The notes under the pieces were generated by a model. The model made no database searches. It was given only the letters and a program-made list of their open reading frames with translations, and was not told where the DNA came from. DNA of 63,974 bases, the filler included, from Octopus bimaculoides (taxonomy: Eukaryota), in the NCBI RefSeq assembly GCF_001194135.2. It is 5 parts of 5 records of this genome, joined end to end, with 100 filler letters (N's around TTAATTAATTAA, not from the genome) between each part and the next. Parts side by side here need not be neighbours in the genome. Positions count along the whole stretch, not along the records: positions 1 to 15,591 come from NW_026395406.1; positions 15,692 to 33,042 come from NC_068995.1; 3 more parts are not named here. One strand, written 5' to 3'. Position numbers and translations under genes: made by a program. This document shows, piece after piece, positions 9,118 through 21,680 of the stretch; positions within the stretch are counted from its first letter, which is position 1, and each line of letters opens with the position of its first letter.

Positions 9118-10489
9118 CTTTGGAGTGAGCAAGTTCTTTTGAAACATCAATTTACGATTCTTTCATCTGAATTCGATCTTATGATTATTACTATAGTATG
9201 CAATATTAAATGCAACTACTTATTCATGGGGTATCATTGAAACGTATAGAAATTCGATTCTTCAGAATGATAGATAAAAGTTATTAGCAAATGACTTTTA
9301 TGAACAATTCTGAAGAGTCTAACTTGGAACGTGTCTTCACAATGACAGCTCATGAATCAATAATTGCATATATTCTTGCATGGTATAGTAATATTCATGA
9401 GAACGAATTTAGATGAAACAATTATAAATTGATGAATAAAAGAGCTTTCTCATTCCATTCTCCTTGTTATAAAAGAACTTGCTCATTCAATTCTCCTTAC
9501 TATAAAACCTCTGCGGGTATTTGTGGATTTTCAAGAGCTTAATAAAACAGTCACCGAATGTCTGGTAGCCTGGACACGTGGCTGAGTTTAATAGGACACT
9601 CCAGGGCTTTCATATATATATATAACGAGGGTGTGTATGTGTATATATATATATATGTATATAATGCAGATGTGTATGTGTATATATATATATANNNNNN
9701 NNNNNNNNNNNNNNNNNNNNNNNNNNNNNNNNNNNNNNNNNNNNNNNNNNNNNNNNNNNNNNNNNNNNNNNNNNNNNNNNNNNNNNNNNNNNNNNNNNNN
9801 NNNNNNNNNNNNNNNNNNNNNNNNNNNNNNNNNNNNNNNNNNNNNNNNNNNNNNNNNNNNNNNNNNNNNNNNNNNNNNNNNNNNNNNNNNNNNNNNNNNN
9901 NNNNNNNNNNNNNNNNNNNNNNNNNNNNNNNNNNNNNNNNNNNNNNNNNNNNNNNNNNNNNNNNNNNNNNNNNNNNNNNNNNNNNNNNNNNNNNNNNNNN
10001 NNNNNNNNNNNNNNNNNNNNNNNNNNNNNNNNNNNNNNNNNNNNNNNNNNNNNNNNNNNNNNNNNNNNNNNNNNNNNNNNNNNNNNNNNNNNNNNNNNNN
10101 NNNNNNNNNNNNNNNNNNNNNNNNNNNNNNNNNNNNNNNNNNNNNNNNNNNNNNNNNNNNNNNNNNNNNNNNNNNNNNNNNNNNNNNNNNNNNNNNNNNN
10201 NNNNNNNNNNNNNNNNNNNNNNNNNNNNNNNNNNNNNNNNNNNNNNNNNNNNNNNNNNNNNNNNNNNNNNNNNNNNNNNNNNNNNNNNNNNNNNNNNNNN
10301 NNNNNNNNNNNNNNNNNNNNNNNNNNNNNNNNNNNNNNNNNNNNNNNNNNNNNNNNNNNNNNNNNNNNNNNNNNNNNNNNNNNNNNNNNNNNNNNNNNNN
10401 NNNNNNNNNNNNNNNNNNNNNNNNNNNNNNNNNNNNNNNNNNTATATATATATATATATATATATATATCACTGTCCTGTTTTTTTACC

Positions 10490-10740
10490 ACTTTAACCCG
10501 CGAAAAATACCAGATTTTATTTAATTTGCTTTGCGGGCAGGACTGTTTTAACGAAGTCGCGTCTTGCCCCTTCGTTCGAAACGCGGGGTGGATAAACAGA
10601 GGACAACTGATGAAGGGAATGTTTTTTTTTTTATGTTGCCTGTCTCGTTTCTCTGTTTCTTTGTTTCTTTCGTTGTTCGAAAAAGTTCGGTTTCTATGTT
10701 TTTGTTTTTTTATGTTCTCGCTTCTCATTTTGTCAACGAT
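10490..10740 (+). mobile_element. Probable PLE terminal-repeat segment with structured-RNA motifs
   Basis: Directly precedes the PLE RT at 10773. Contains GAAACGCG, CTGATGAAGGGAA and several complementary blocks (see findings). Confidence 0.4.
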
Positions 10741-10772
10741 TTTTGTGATGTCCTGTACCCATATATGCATGT

Positions 10773-12159
10773 CACCTCCTCTTCACCTTGGACATCAAAT
10801 CCCTATATACCGTGATTTCCCACAACGATGGTCTCTCAGCCCTCCAATACTTTCTCAAGCGCCGCCCTGACCCCACACCTAGCACTCCCACCCTGCTTCG
10901 TCTGGCAGAGCTTGTCTTCACCCTCAACTGCTTCCCGTTCGCCGGAGAAACTTACCAATAGATGCTTGGGGTCGCGATGGGAACGAGAATGGGCCCCAAT
11001 TCCACCAACCTATTTGTTAGTTACATTGAGGCCCAAGTATTCTCCCAATTCTCCGGTCCGACCCCAGAACTATACGGTCGCTACATAGACGACTGTATAG
11101 GAGCCATCTCCCTCTCCCGCGAACAACTCTGCCTTTTCAACTCCTTTCTCTCTACCTTCCACCCTGCTATTGAATTTACTTCTACCATCTCTAACACCTC
11201 TGTTAACTTCCTCGACATCTCTCTTTCCATCGACCTCCCCTCCAACTCTCTCACTACCTCTGCCTTCTTCAAGCCCACTGATTCTCACCTCTACCTCAAC
11301 TTCTCCACCCNNNNNNNNNNNNNNNNNNNNNNNNNNNNNNNNNNNNNNNNNNNNNNNNNNNNNNNNNNNNNNNNNNNNNNNNNNNNNNNNNNNNNNNNNN
11401 NNNNNNNNNNNNNNNNNNNNNNNNNNNNNNNNNNNNNNNNNNNNNNNNNNNNNNNNNNNNNNNNNNNNNNNNNNNNNNNNNNNNNNNNNNNNNNNNNNNN
11501 NNNNNNNNNNNNNNNNNNNNNNNNNNNNNNNNNNNNNNNNNNNNNNNNNNNNNNNNNNNNNNNNNNNNNNNNNNNNNNNNNNNNNNNNNNNNNNNNNNNN
11601 NNNNNNNNNNNNNNNNNNNNNNNNNNNNNNNNNNNNNNNNNNNNNNNNNNNNNNNNNNNNNNNNNNNNNNNNNNNNNNNNNNNNNNNNNNNNNNNNNNNN
11701 NNNNNNNNNNNNNNNNNNNNNNNNNNNNNNNNNNNNNNNNNNNNNNNNNNNNNNNNNNNNNNNNNNNNNNNNNNNNNNNNNNNNNNNNNNNNNNNNNNNN
11801 NNNNNNNNNNNNNNNNNNNNNNNNNNNNNNNNNNNNNNNNNNNNNNNNNNNNNNNNNNNNNNNNNNNNNNNNNNNNNNNNNNNNNNNNNNNNNNNNNNNN
11901 NNNNNNNNNNNNNNNNNNNNNNNNNNNNNNNNNNNNNNNNNNNNNNNNNNNNNNNNNNNNNNNNNNNNNNNNNNNNNNNNNNNNNNNNNNNNNNNNNNNN
12001 NNNNNNNNNNNNNNNNNNNNNNNNNNNNNNNNNNNNNNNNNNNNNNNNNNNNNNNNNNNNNNNNNNNNNNNNNNNNNNNNNNNNNNNGAACAGCGCTATA
12101 TTTTCAAGTTACGAACAGCTTTCCCTTTCAGACTTAACACAGCCACCTCCTCTTTATGA
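10773..12159 (+). pseudogene. PLE (YIDD type) RT plus GIY-YIG C-terminus, 5'-truncated, interrupted by a gap
   Basis: HLLFTLDIKSLYTVISHNDG...ETYQ*MLGVAMGTRMGP...LYGRYIDDC...FHPAIEFT...VNFLDIS...FKPTDSHLYL. After the gap (11311-12087): EQRYIFKLRTAFPFRLN* (E..WI..L.T..P.GLN motif). Confidence 0.9.
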
Positions 12160-12309
12160 CTGTCTCCTCCACGACGAAGTAACATGTTTTTACTTTTTTC
12201 ATTTTTCCTTGTTGTTTTTTATATTAATCCCCCTTACCCCTTATCCACTTTACTTTATCCTAATTATTCACTATTTTATTACAATTATTCACAATTTATT
12301 TCATTTCTT

Positions 12310-13496
12310 TATACACGTACACATACCCACACACACGTACATATACACAAACACGAAAAACACCCGTGTACACACATGAACGCACACATACTTCCACACA
12401 CATCACACACACATGACACATATGCATGCACTTACACGCTCAGATTCATCCACATACATACACAAACGCACATACACACGCACACTTGTACATACACACA
12501 CGCATACATATACATACACACACACCCATGCGCACACACACACACACATGCACACACACACACACACATGCACACACACACACCCATGCATACATAACCC
12601 ATATATGCCCCCATTCGCATATACCTCCCACACACCTGACAACCCATACATACCTCCCACTCACATACATACCTCCCACACACCTGACACATATACCGCC
12701 CACACAACTTATGACAACACGTATGACAGACAGACATGCGCGCTCATACACACATATATACACACATACACACGCACAGTAATACACACACACCAACTCA
12801 CACAACCCTACATACACACAGACATACACACCCATATATACACGCACACATAAACGCACACGCCTACACAAACCACATACACATACACACACAACCACAT
12901 ACATAGATACACACACAGAAGTGCCTACACGCAATAAAACGCTCACATCCTTGACACACATCTCTACGCTCACACACACACACATACACACACACACACA
13001 TACACACGCACACACACATATACACACATATACACACACACATACACACACGCACACACATATACACACGCATACACACACACACTCGCACACGCACGCA
13101 CACATACCTCCCACATACACAACACACACAGACACGCATACAATTACACACACATGGGCATAAATAACACACGCACATGCACGCACTACGTAAGCAAACG
13201 CACACACACACATACACAGGAACGCACATATACACAACATACACACACACNNNNNNNNNNCACATACACACACACACACATACACACGCACACACACATA
13301 TACACACATATACACACACACATACACACACGCACACACATATACACACGCATACACACACACACTCGCACACGCACGCACACATACCTCCCACATACAC
13401 AACACACACAGACACGCATACAATTACACACACATGGGCATAAATAACACACNNNNNNNNNNCACGCACGCACAAAAATATACACAATATACACAT

Positions 13497-13527
<31 letters not shown>

Positions 13528-13590
13528 TACGCACATACACGTGCTGTTATTATACACACACACACACACGGAGCCGCGCGCGCGCACGCA
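12310..13590. repeat. Long degenerate (CA)n low-complexity tract, partly duplicated around 10-N gaps
   Basis: Read directly. The block ending CAATTACACACACATGGGCATAAATAACACAC occurs on both sides of the 13251-13260 gap. Confidence 0.85.
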
Positions 13591-13884
13591 TTGAATTTTA
13601 TGTGGACATTTGATCGTTTAAACATTTCGATTTCTACTGCGTAATTTTAAACTCTGTTAAAATCCCCTTGTTTTATACACATTTGTACCATTGATGAACA
13701 AAAAATTATTGAAACTAGATTGGTATGTATGTGAATAAATCAATCTAAAACTAATTACAAGTTTTTCAAATTCATGTGCATTTTGAAACCCCAAAAACAA
13801 ATTCTCCTACATTTTTTCCTGCGTGGGAATACATCCCTTCTTTTCATATATATATATATATGAGTGAGTGGTGCATGTAAGATC

Positions 13885-13975
13885 AAGGCTACATATGTTT
13901 CCAGGCTGGCAGATCCTCTGATGTAAGAATTACTGAACAAGGAGTACTCAACAAGCTACTCATCAGACAGAAGAT
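13885..13975 (-). ncRNA. Hammerhead with intact core nucleotides but eroded stems (HHR-D)
   Basis: Minus strand CUGAUGA (13966-13960), 58 nt, then GAAA CAUAUG UA (13901-13890). Same palindrome as HHR-A. Stem I forms only with a bulge and stem II pairs weakly. Confidence 0.55.
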
Positions 13976-14040
13976 ACCTTAGTTATATGAAGGTTAGTGG
14001 CTTTCCTTCCTCACATATTCACGACATACATACCAGACTC

Positions 14041-14442
14041 TTCAAATGCAGTGTTCTACTTTCCCTCTTATACACAGTTGTGACGTGAGCCACTACGAAG
14101 AAGATAGAACATCGATTGGCAACGACGCAAAGATGCATAGAGAGATCCATGCTATGAATATCATTACGAGAGCATATTCGAAATGAGATAATTTGGGAAC
14201 AGAGTGATGTGAACGATGTGATCACAAAATACCGAAAGCACAGGTTATTCTGGGCCAGACATTTCGCAAGGTTCAGAGACAACAGCTGGACCAGTGCAGT
14301 TGTTGAGTGGTATCCAAGAGATCAGAAAAGGCCACTTCGAAGGCCTCCACGACGACGGGGAGACGATTTAGTTAAACATTTTACGTTAATATGGAAAAAA
14401 AATGGCGCAATGAGGACAGATTCAGAAGCGTATAGTGAATAG
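14041..14442 (+). pseudogene. RTE-clade LINE ORF C-terminal fragment
   Basis: FKCSVLLSLLYTVVT*ATTKKIEHRLATTQRCIERSML*ISLREHIRNEIIWEQSDVNDVITKYRKHRLFWARHFARFRDNSWTSAVVEWYPRDQKRPLRRPPRRRGDD (WAGHVAR...RWT..V.EW.P...KR..GRP..RW.DD pattern). Confidence 0.9.
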
Positions 14443-14799
14443 CGGTGTATAACAGCACCTGATGGCCTGATCGGTACTGTGATACAATGATATATCTATG
14501 AGTGTGTGTGTATTATGTATGTATATGCGTGTGTGTGTGCGTGTGTATATGTGTGTGTGTGTGTGCGTATTTCGGTCACTACTGCTGCTGCTGCTGCTTG
14601 TGCTACTTCCACCCCTACCACTACAACCAATTAACTACTGCTACTGACACGGACAAAGGTCACTGCCATTTACCATTACCAATAGGGACACTACTACTAC
14701 TACAACCAACAAAAAATGCCCCCACGTGGACTATTGACACCAGTAAGGAACAATTATGAACTCTTCATTTAATTTCATTTTATTAAATATGTATTTAAT

Positions 14800-15200
14800 A
14801 CATATGGGACTAACTTTCTAGGAACTTGGTAAAGGAGTATACAGAAATGATGCATTATTGACTGTAAATAAACACTTCCCTTTTAAAAACTCTTCGTAAA
14901 GGACTAAACAGACACTATTGGTCAAAATAGTGGCTTACCTTTTCCTTACCATAAGCTAAATGAAAACTTACACTACGTACACTAAGTATCTAAACATTCT
15001 AGAACTATAACAGATAATCCTAGAATTACCTAATTGTCACTAATGAACAAATATTTAAGGATAAGAGTGAACATTGCAACGAAACATTGAAAACAAGTGG
15101 ATTCAATGATAGAATTAAATATATTTCTTCCGAAGAGCAAGGAAACCAAATCAGAAAAATCGGCACGTCTCAAAAACTAAATAATATTAATAAGAAATCT
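14800..15200 (+). pseudogene. PLE (YRDD type) RT motif C to thumb, degraded
   Basis: ELGKGVYRNDALL (GLYRDDGL-like), LNENLHYVH*VSKHS, FKDKSEHCNETLKTSGFNDRIKY (YNEALK.SG+.+KL.Y-like); stops and frameshifts. Confidence 0.7.
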
Positions 15201-15591
15201 TACCGTTCTTCTAGTCAACATCCAAATCAAAGCACCGTTACAGATCAATTCAAAACTAATATACCTATTATATCCTTATGGATAAACGAATAAACTGCAA
15301 CAGTGTAATAATATAATCGAAACAAACGGCAGTAACCACACGTAACATAACAACAATCTTATAAGAAGCAACAATCCAACACGCTAACTCGAACTGTAAT
15401 CTTTGAACTACCTCACTTACTCAGACCACTACTATTTATATGTAGTGGTCCAATCCATTCTCACCAGGGAGCGTAGTACTCACGCACAACATCTCTCCTT
15501 TTGAGATTTCGTGTTCCAAAGGAGCAAAGACATTTTTTTATTGATATATATATATATATAGTTCAAAAACACAATAACAAAAAAACAAAAA

Positions 15592-15691
15592 NNNNNNNNN
15601 NNNNNNNNNNNNNNNNNNNNNNNNNNNNNNNNNNNTTAATTAATTAANNNNNNNNNNNNNNNNNNNNNNNNNNNNNNNNNNNNNNNNNNNN
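15592..15691. other. Artificial scaffold-joining spacer (44N-TTAATTAATTAA-44N)
   Basis: Linker at 15636-15647. Identical 100-nt layout at three other sites. Confidence 0.95.
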
Positions 15692-15758
15692 TATATATAT
15701 ATATATATATGTATACCACACACACACACACGTGTGTGTGTGTGTGTGTGTATGTATG

Positions 15759-16100
15759 TGAAGGCGCATGCTTCAATGGCTGGGATGTCGGGCTCACAAT
15801 CAGGAAGTAGAGTTCGAATCACGTACCGGGCTCTGTATTGTGTTCTTGAGCAAGACACTTTATTTCACGTTTCTCCAAAACACTGAACTGTAGAAATGCG
15901 TTGCGTCATCACTGGTGCGAAGCTGTATCGGCCTTTGTCGTTCCTTTGGACAACATTTGGGGGCGTGGAGAAAGGAGAAGGAGGCTGGCGTGCATAGGTG
16001 ACTGCTGGTCTTCCTTAAAGAATCTTGGCCAGATTTGTGTCGCGAAGGCTAACTTTCCATGTGCAATCCCATGATCATTCATGACCGAAGGGGGTCTTTA
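15759..16100 (+). mobile_element. tRNA-derived SINE, third family, diverged full-length copy
   Basis: Degenerate A and B boxes, TTGTGTTCTTGAGCAAGACACTTTATTTCACGTT central domain, 3' end GTGCAATCCCATG.TCATTCATGACCGAAGGGGGTCTTTA. Confidence 0.8.
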
Positions 16101-16109
16101 CCTATATAC

Positions 16110-16162
<53 letters not shown>

Positions 16163-16184
16163 TGCGTGTGTATACATACATACA

Positions 16185-16217
<33 letters not shown>

Positions 16218-17704
16218 GTATGTGGGGGTGTATGTGTGTGTGCACAAAGCGCACAAAGAATGCCATGAATAATAGCATGCAAATATTGGGTTGGAAAAAA
16301 CTGTTTGAATAGAAAAACGTTGCCTTAAAAAGGTGCTGGGGTTCAGCTGAATATTTACATGCTATTACATGTAACTTTCTCCGTATGCCTCAAGATATTC
16401 CTAAAAAAAAAAAATAGAATTAGTTCAGATTCTCTCAAAAGTTTATAATCAACAATATAGATAGATAGATACATAGATAGATAGATGGTTATATATACAC
16501 AAACANNNNNNNNNNTGTATCTGTGGTATATATGTGCATGAATATGTATGTTTATGTATATATGTATATATGTATGTATGCCATTATTTAGAATATTTAT
16601 TTAACAGTCACTTTTTTACGTATGACACCAATAAAATGTTGTCGCTGTCTAATAGAATTATTTCGAATTTGATCCGTAGTTTATCAGTTAATTTTCTAAA
16701 ATAAACAATATGTAAGTATTATATATTCTGTCTTCAATTTTGTAACATAGTTTACGCATCACATTTGTATCAATATAGTGTTTATATGTATAAAATATAA
16801 GTATCAGTAGAGTACTGGAGTCGATGTAAGCAATGTTTCTCTATATAAATGTATACGTTTATGTGAAGCCAAATAATGTACGCTGCCACCACACACAAAG
16901 GTAAGGAGACGAGATCATATTTAAGAACGAATTAATTCGCTGAATTAAGCGAGGTTGATAGAATGCAGGTGACATATATCCTGACAATACCGAGGTGTGA
17001 CCTTACAAATAGAAAAAAAGTAAATGATTAAAGTAGACAAAAAGCTAATCGATTCTATGTTTATCTTTTTATTTCAACTGTCTCCTTGCAACCACCTGTG
17101 TCGCTGGAAAACTAATTACCTCGTTTGGAAAGCATTGTAACCTCGATGAGCTTGGGACACAACGAAATTGGTTCGCGACTAGTCTTTTCCGTTTGATTAA
17201 TTTATTTAGAGATGTTTAACTTATGCTTCTAACATAACTGAAAGATGCATGATATCCACCACTTCTCATCTATTCGAGTATTTACAACTGACATTTCACA
17301 TAATCTTGGACATATTTCAACCGGTAACGTCAAAATTCAGATTTAGCGTCTAAACAAAGGTTTCTGATTTTATGCACAAAAGACAAAGTTTGCTCGGGTA
17401 AAATTGAACTCAGAACGTAAAGACTCGCAAGAAATATTCCAAGGCGTTTTATCTAACGTTCACTCGATTCCACCAACCTATCGATCTTAACCAATTAAAT
17501 AACACCAATTTATCAGTTTATTATTTTCCACCCCTATTTGAACAAAGAAATAATGTTTGGAGAAATATAACCCGATATAAGCAGAAAGCTTATATCGTGG
17601 AAAGCTGATGTGAAATGTTGCCTCCATTTGAATCTGATCATCAAATATTTTAGTAATCAGTACTTATGGAGGACTTACATAGACTTATACAGGAGTTGAG
17701 GAGA

Positions 17705-18621
17705 GAAACCCATCATACCCAAACTAAGAAGACCTCAACGACCTGATCAGAGACCTTGGTTTCACAAAGTCCAATGCCGAGCTTTTGAGGTCGGGACTCA
17801 GGTAGTGGAATTTGTTACATGAAAGCGTGCAACTCGCAGGTCTGATAAAGAGCCGCCAAGATAGGCTTTACTCCTGCCACAATTTAACCGGATTGTTCCA
17901 GACAATTGGAATCGCCTTCAACCCGATGAGTGCTATCTCATCATCGACAAATCATCCAGGAACCTCAAAGCTGTGCTACTTCATAACATGTGTATCCATG
18001 TCTTCCTCTGGCTCATTCGGTGCAACTCAAAGAGGAATACAGATGTATCAAGATCTTGCTAAACACCTTGAAATATGAAGAGAACGGTAAGGAGGTTATC
18101 GGAGACTTCAAAATGGTGACCTTCCTGTTGGCTCCAATGCGGCTTTACCAGGTTTTCCTTTAAGACAGTAAGGACTTTCCCCATGGAAAGTATTGTTTCC
18201 TCCACTGCATATAAAATTGGACCTTATGAAACACTTTGTCACAGCTGTAGATAAGGAGTCTGCAGCCTTCAAAAAATCTTCAAAAACCTCTTCCCTAAGA
18301 TGTCTGAGGCAAAATTCAAAGCCCGTGTCTTCATCAGACCACAAATAAAAAAGATTATAAAGTATAGAGTGCAAGGAGTTCCCAAAGAAGCTCATTAGGA
18401 TGGAGAAAGCAGCGTTGAACAGCTTTGTCGCTCTGGTTCGGAGCTTTCTGTGGAATCACAAGGTCTAATACTATGTGGAGCTTGTTGAGACTCTGGTGAA
18501 GAACCACGGAAAAATGGGTTCCAGGATGTCCTTCAGAGTCCATATCCTTGAAGCTCATCTTGACAAATCCAAGAACATACAGGCGTATGACAAATTCACG
18601 AACAGAGGAGCAGGCGAGCGT
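17705..18621 (+). pseudogene. DNA transposon transposase pseudogene, Chapaev (CMC)-like
   Basis: Across frames: EDLNDLIRDLGFTKSNAELL..WNLLHESV; LIIDKSSRNLKAVLLHN; EVIGDFKMVTFLL; KVLFPPLHIKLDLMKHFVTAVDKESAAFK; RMSFRVHILEAHLDK; EE..GER. The superfamily name is from memory of this motif set. Confidence 0.75.
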
Positions 18622-18930
18622 GAATGAGAATATTCACATTCGCAGTTTCCCCATTGGAATTAGGTAAATTTTAGAAATGTTGTTATAGCAGATACTCTGT
18701 TCAATACCACAGATTTGTTTGTCAGTTGCTTGACCTTAATTACATGAGCATGTCCCTTTGTGGCTAACAATATGTGCATCTCAGATCATGTGTAGGAGTA
18801 GTGGGAAAGCGTCATAACCATGTGTTGAGAAGGATTCATTGGGGTTTCAATAAATATCGTAACGAAAGCAATGTTTGAAGGAAATATTAGCCATTTTTCA
18901 TACTTTCTAGGGGTAAGCTACACAAGGACA

Positions 18931-18949
18931 AAAATCGTGTTACATAGTG
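18931..18949 (+). mobile_element. Candidate right terminus of the Chapaev-like element
   Basis: AAAATCGTGTTACATAGTG (reverse complement starts CAC) about 310 bp after the transposase. No matching left TIR or TSD was found. Confidence 0.35.
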
Positions 18950-19602
18950 TTCTTTCCTCAAGTCTTATAAAATGGTCTTGCAAGATTACTTTTCCTATTG
19001 CCAGAGAAGGAGTTTCTAACGTTTGTGACGTCAATAATTTATGCTAGACACTAATGAAAACATATAATACAAATTTAATACTGATAAAATGTATTTGCCA
19101 CTCTCTCCGTTTACCGTTTCCACAACTCGTCAACGTCCATGCTTATTGCGAGTTATTAAATAAGACTTTACTAGAATAGGTGATATACTTATCAATACCT
19201 GACATTATCTATGTGTTTAGATTTAGTGCTACAGACCAGTGCTGTGAAGAGAAAATTATAAAACATATCTTAATCAACCAGTAAAAACCAGTGAAACCAG
19301 TGAAACTATTGAAATTCAAGACGTTTAGTTAAAAGTAAATTTTAAAAAGAATTCTTGGTGAGTAGAATGCGTTAAACTACATTTTCAAATAACACCAACT
19401 TCCAACCTTATTAGGTAAGAGTATTGCATGCAATAGACACAGATGCAACTAATGAATTTAACATTCTTGAAAACTGAATTTAGTGAATCCGAAAAAAATT
19501 TGTTCCTCCTCCCCAAATGGCGAATCACTGTAGTAATTTAGAGGAACTATGTTTTATGCGCTTACTAGAATATCTTCTAGAAAATCTTCTAGAATATCTT
19601 CT

Positions 19603-19770
19603 ACTTGTTTCAGTCATTAGACTGCGGCTATGCTGGGGCACCGCTTTGTAGAATTTTTAGTCAAACGGATAGACCCCAGTACTTTTTTTATAAGCCTGGT
19701 ACTCATTACATCGACACGGTTGTCAGGCGATGGTGGGCAGAAACACAGACAGAAAAACAGACACACATAT
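19603..19770 (-). mobile_element. CORE-SINE 3' half
   Basis: ACTTGTTTCAGTCATTAGACTGCGGCTATGCTGGGGCACCGC... homologous to 35562-35750. Confidence 0.8.
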
Positions 19771-20628
19771 ATATCTTTGGGTGAGGGGTGGAGAGGGAGA
19801 GACAGAGAAAAAAGAAGAGGAAGGGTAGGAATATATATATATTCCTATCCCTCCTCTTCTTTTCTCTCTGTCTCCTCTCTCTCTCTTTCTCCTCTTCCTT
19901 CTCTGCCCTCTATCACTTTTCTCACTTCAACATGTACCCCTATCTGTTGCCCTTCTGTTTCTCATCCTTTAGGATTCTCCTCTCAGCGTTAGCCATACTG
20001 ACATCTCTGCCTGGCCCTAAGGCCTTATTCTGACTATTAATTTTGTCGTTGTCCCTTGTCCGTTCACTAATGAACGTGTCTTGAATCACATTTATTCATG
20101 TTCATATGTCCACCTCTGCACTGTATATTTATTCATTTCTTGTTTGTTCGTTCACATTCTGTTGGTTTGATCCCCCCCAGGCAGCTTCTTATTATTGGTG
20201 CCACCAGAAGGGTATCAATATTATCATAAGGCGTGAAATTGCTTTTGACCTGCTGGCCGATAACTGATGAGGATTTGGTGACCTCCTGTGTCTGTTTTCC
20301 GTTTGTTTGTGAATTTGCTCAAAGCATTTATAGGTAATGACATGTATTGTTAAAAACAGTTGGATTTGGTGTCAAAGAGGGTTACGTGATGTTACAGTGG
20401 GTAGCATTGTTTGGTAAGCGAGAGGCATTACATCAGAAAGGAGAGTTTCTTTGGCTGCGTCGTTGGACAGGAGATTCGTGGCGACAGTGCGTCTGCATGT
20501 AAAATTAATGGGGCTTATGTGCATATGAGCTTGTGTGTGCACGTCTGCGTGTATGTGTATGTGTGTGTGTGTATGTGTGTGTGTGTATGTGTACGTATGT
20601 ATAATAGTATGCACAGGCACACACGCAT

Positions 20629-20679
<51 letters not shown>

Positions 20680-20894
20680 TACGTATGTATAATAGCATGC
20701 ATAGGCACACAAACATACACACACGCATATATANNNNNNNNNNNNNNNNNNNNNNNNNNNNNNNNNNNNNNNNNNNNNNNNNNNNNNNNNNNNNNNNNNN
20801 NNNNACACACATCTACACACACGTATATATGTGTGTGTCAGTGTGCGTGCAAATGCCTATAAGTGCGTATGCGTGTGTATGTCTTTGTGTGTGT

Positions 20895-21233
20895 AAGTGA
20901 GTATATACGTATACTTGTATAGCATATTCGGGAGGCGTGGATTTGCGGGTACGCTAGCATGGGTAGTGTGGTGTTTGTATGTGCGGTGTATGTATGCGCG
21001 TGTGTATATATGTTTGCGTGGGGGGGGGGACATGCGCACAAGAATGTATGATGGTGGGCGTATAGGCGTGTGTAGGTTGCATGCACGAGGATGTTTGTGT
21101 GTGTACGCATATGTGATTGGATGCGCAACCATATATGGAGGCGGAATTAATGGTTTGGAAGGTGTACACAAGGCCATATGAGTCAGCCTATACTGGTGCT
21201 GGGGGTTGGTGGTTGGCGGCCCTGCTCATGGAG
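20895..21233 (-). mobile_element. PLE 3' tail/pLTR, left arm of an inverted pair
   Basis: Reverse complement aligns with 21681-22030 (CTCCATG.GCAGGGCCGCCAA; CCTTCCAA.CC.TTAATTCCG..TCCATAT; ACATACACCGCACA.ACAAACAC.ACAC). Confidence 0.75.
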
Positions 21234-21329
21234 ATTGATGACGGTGTTCGCGGTGCAGCCAGAGCAGGGGAGCAGCTGATCCTATGGTGGTATATCCGGA
21301 TTGTCGGTGGCCAGTGGATTGAAGTTCAC

Positions 21330-21648
21330 CATAAGGGCATACTTCTAGTGACAGAAGGGCATACTTCTAGTGAGAGTTCATATTTCCTGTTGGTGGATAC
21401 TACAGGTTGGTAGAGGATGTGTAGACTTTTGGGGAAGCAGAGCTTGCAATTACGTGTGCTGGATGAATATGAGGTGTCCTGTTAACGATGGTCCATTTGA
21501 TTTTGGACGTTTCATTTCAGGGGTCACTGAGTTTCCAGAGGAAGCGAGACTGTGAAGTGGAGTTCTCTTTGTCCCTGCATTTGAGCGAATGTATGTGCTG
21601 TGAGTATCTTCCCTTGAAATTGTTGGTTGTTATACCCGTATAGAACCT
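21330..21648 (-). pseudogene. PLE GIY-YIG endonuclease C-terminal half
   Basis: RFYTGITTNNFKGRYSQHIHSLKCRDKENSTSQSRFLWKL...SKIKWTIV../YSSSTRNCKLCFPKSLHIL...STNRKYELSLEVC; compare YIG.T...FK.RY..H...F.....NST.LS.++W.L...IKW.I...Y....+.C.LC. Confidence 0.8.
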
Positions 21649-21680
21649 TATGGTGTCATCAGAAAGACACTGTCACGAAA

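Noticed and set aside
13003-13452. Tandem duplications flanking 10-N gaps (also at 37017-37026, 47603-47612 and 48777-48786)
   Set aside because: Identical sequence on both sides of a minimal gap is typical of unmerged contig overlaps.
20230-20280. GAAA...CTGATGA as a type II hammerhead
   Set aside because: No stem II or III pairing and no UH site could be built.
21495-21530. In-frame TGA in the PLE endonuclease as selenocysteine
   Set aside because: It is not at a conserved Cys position, the copy has other stops and frameshifts, and no SECIS was recognised.
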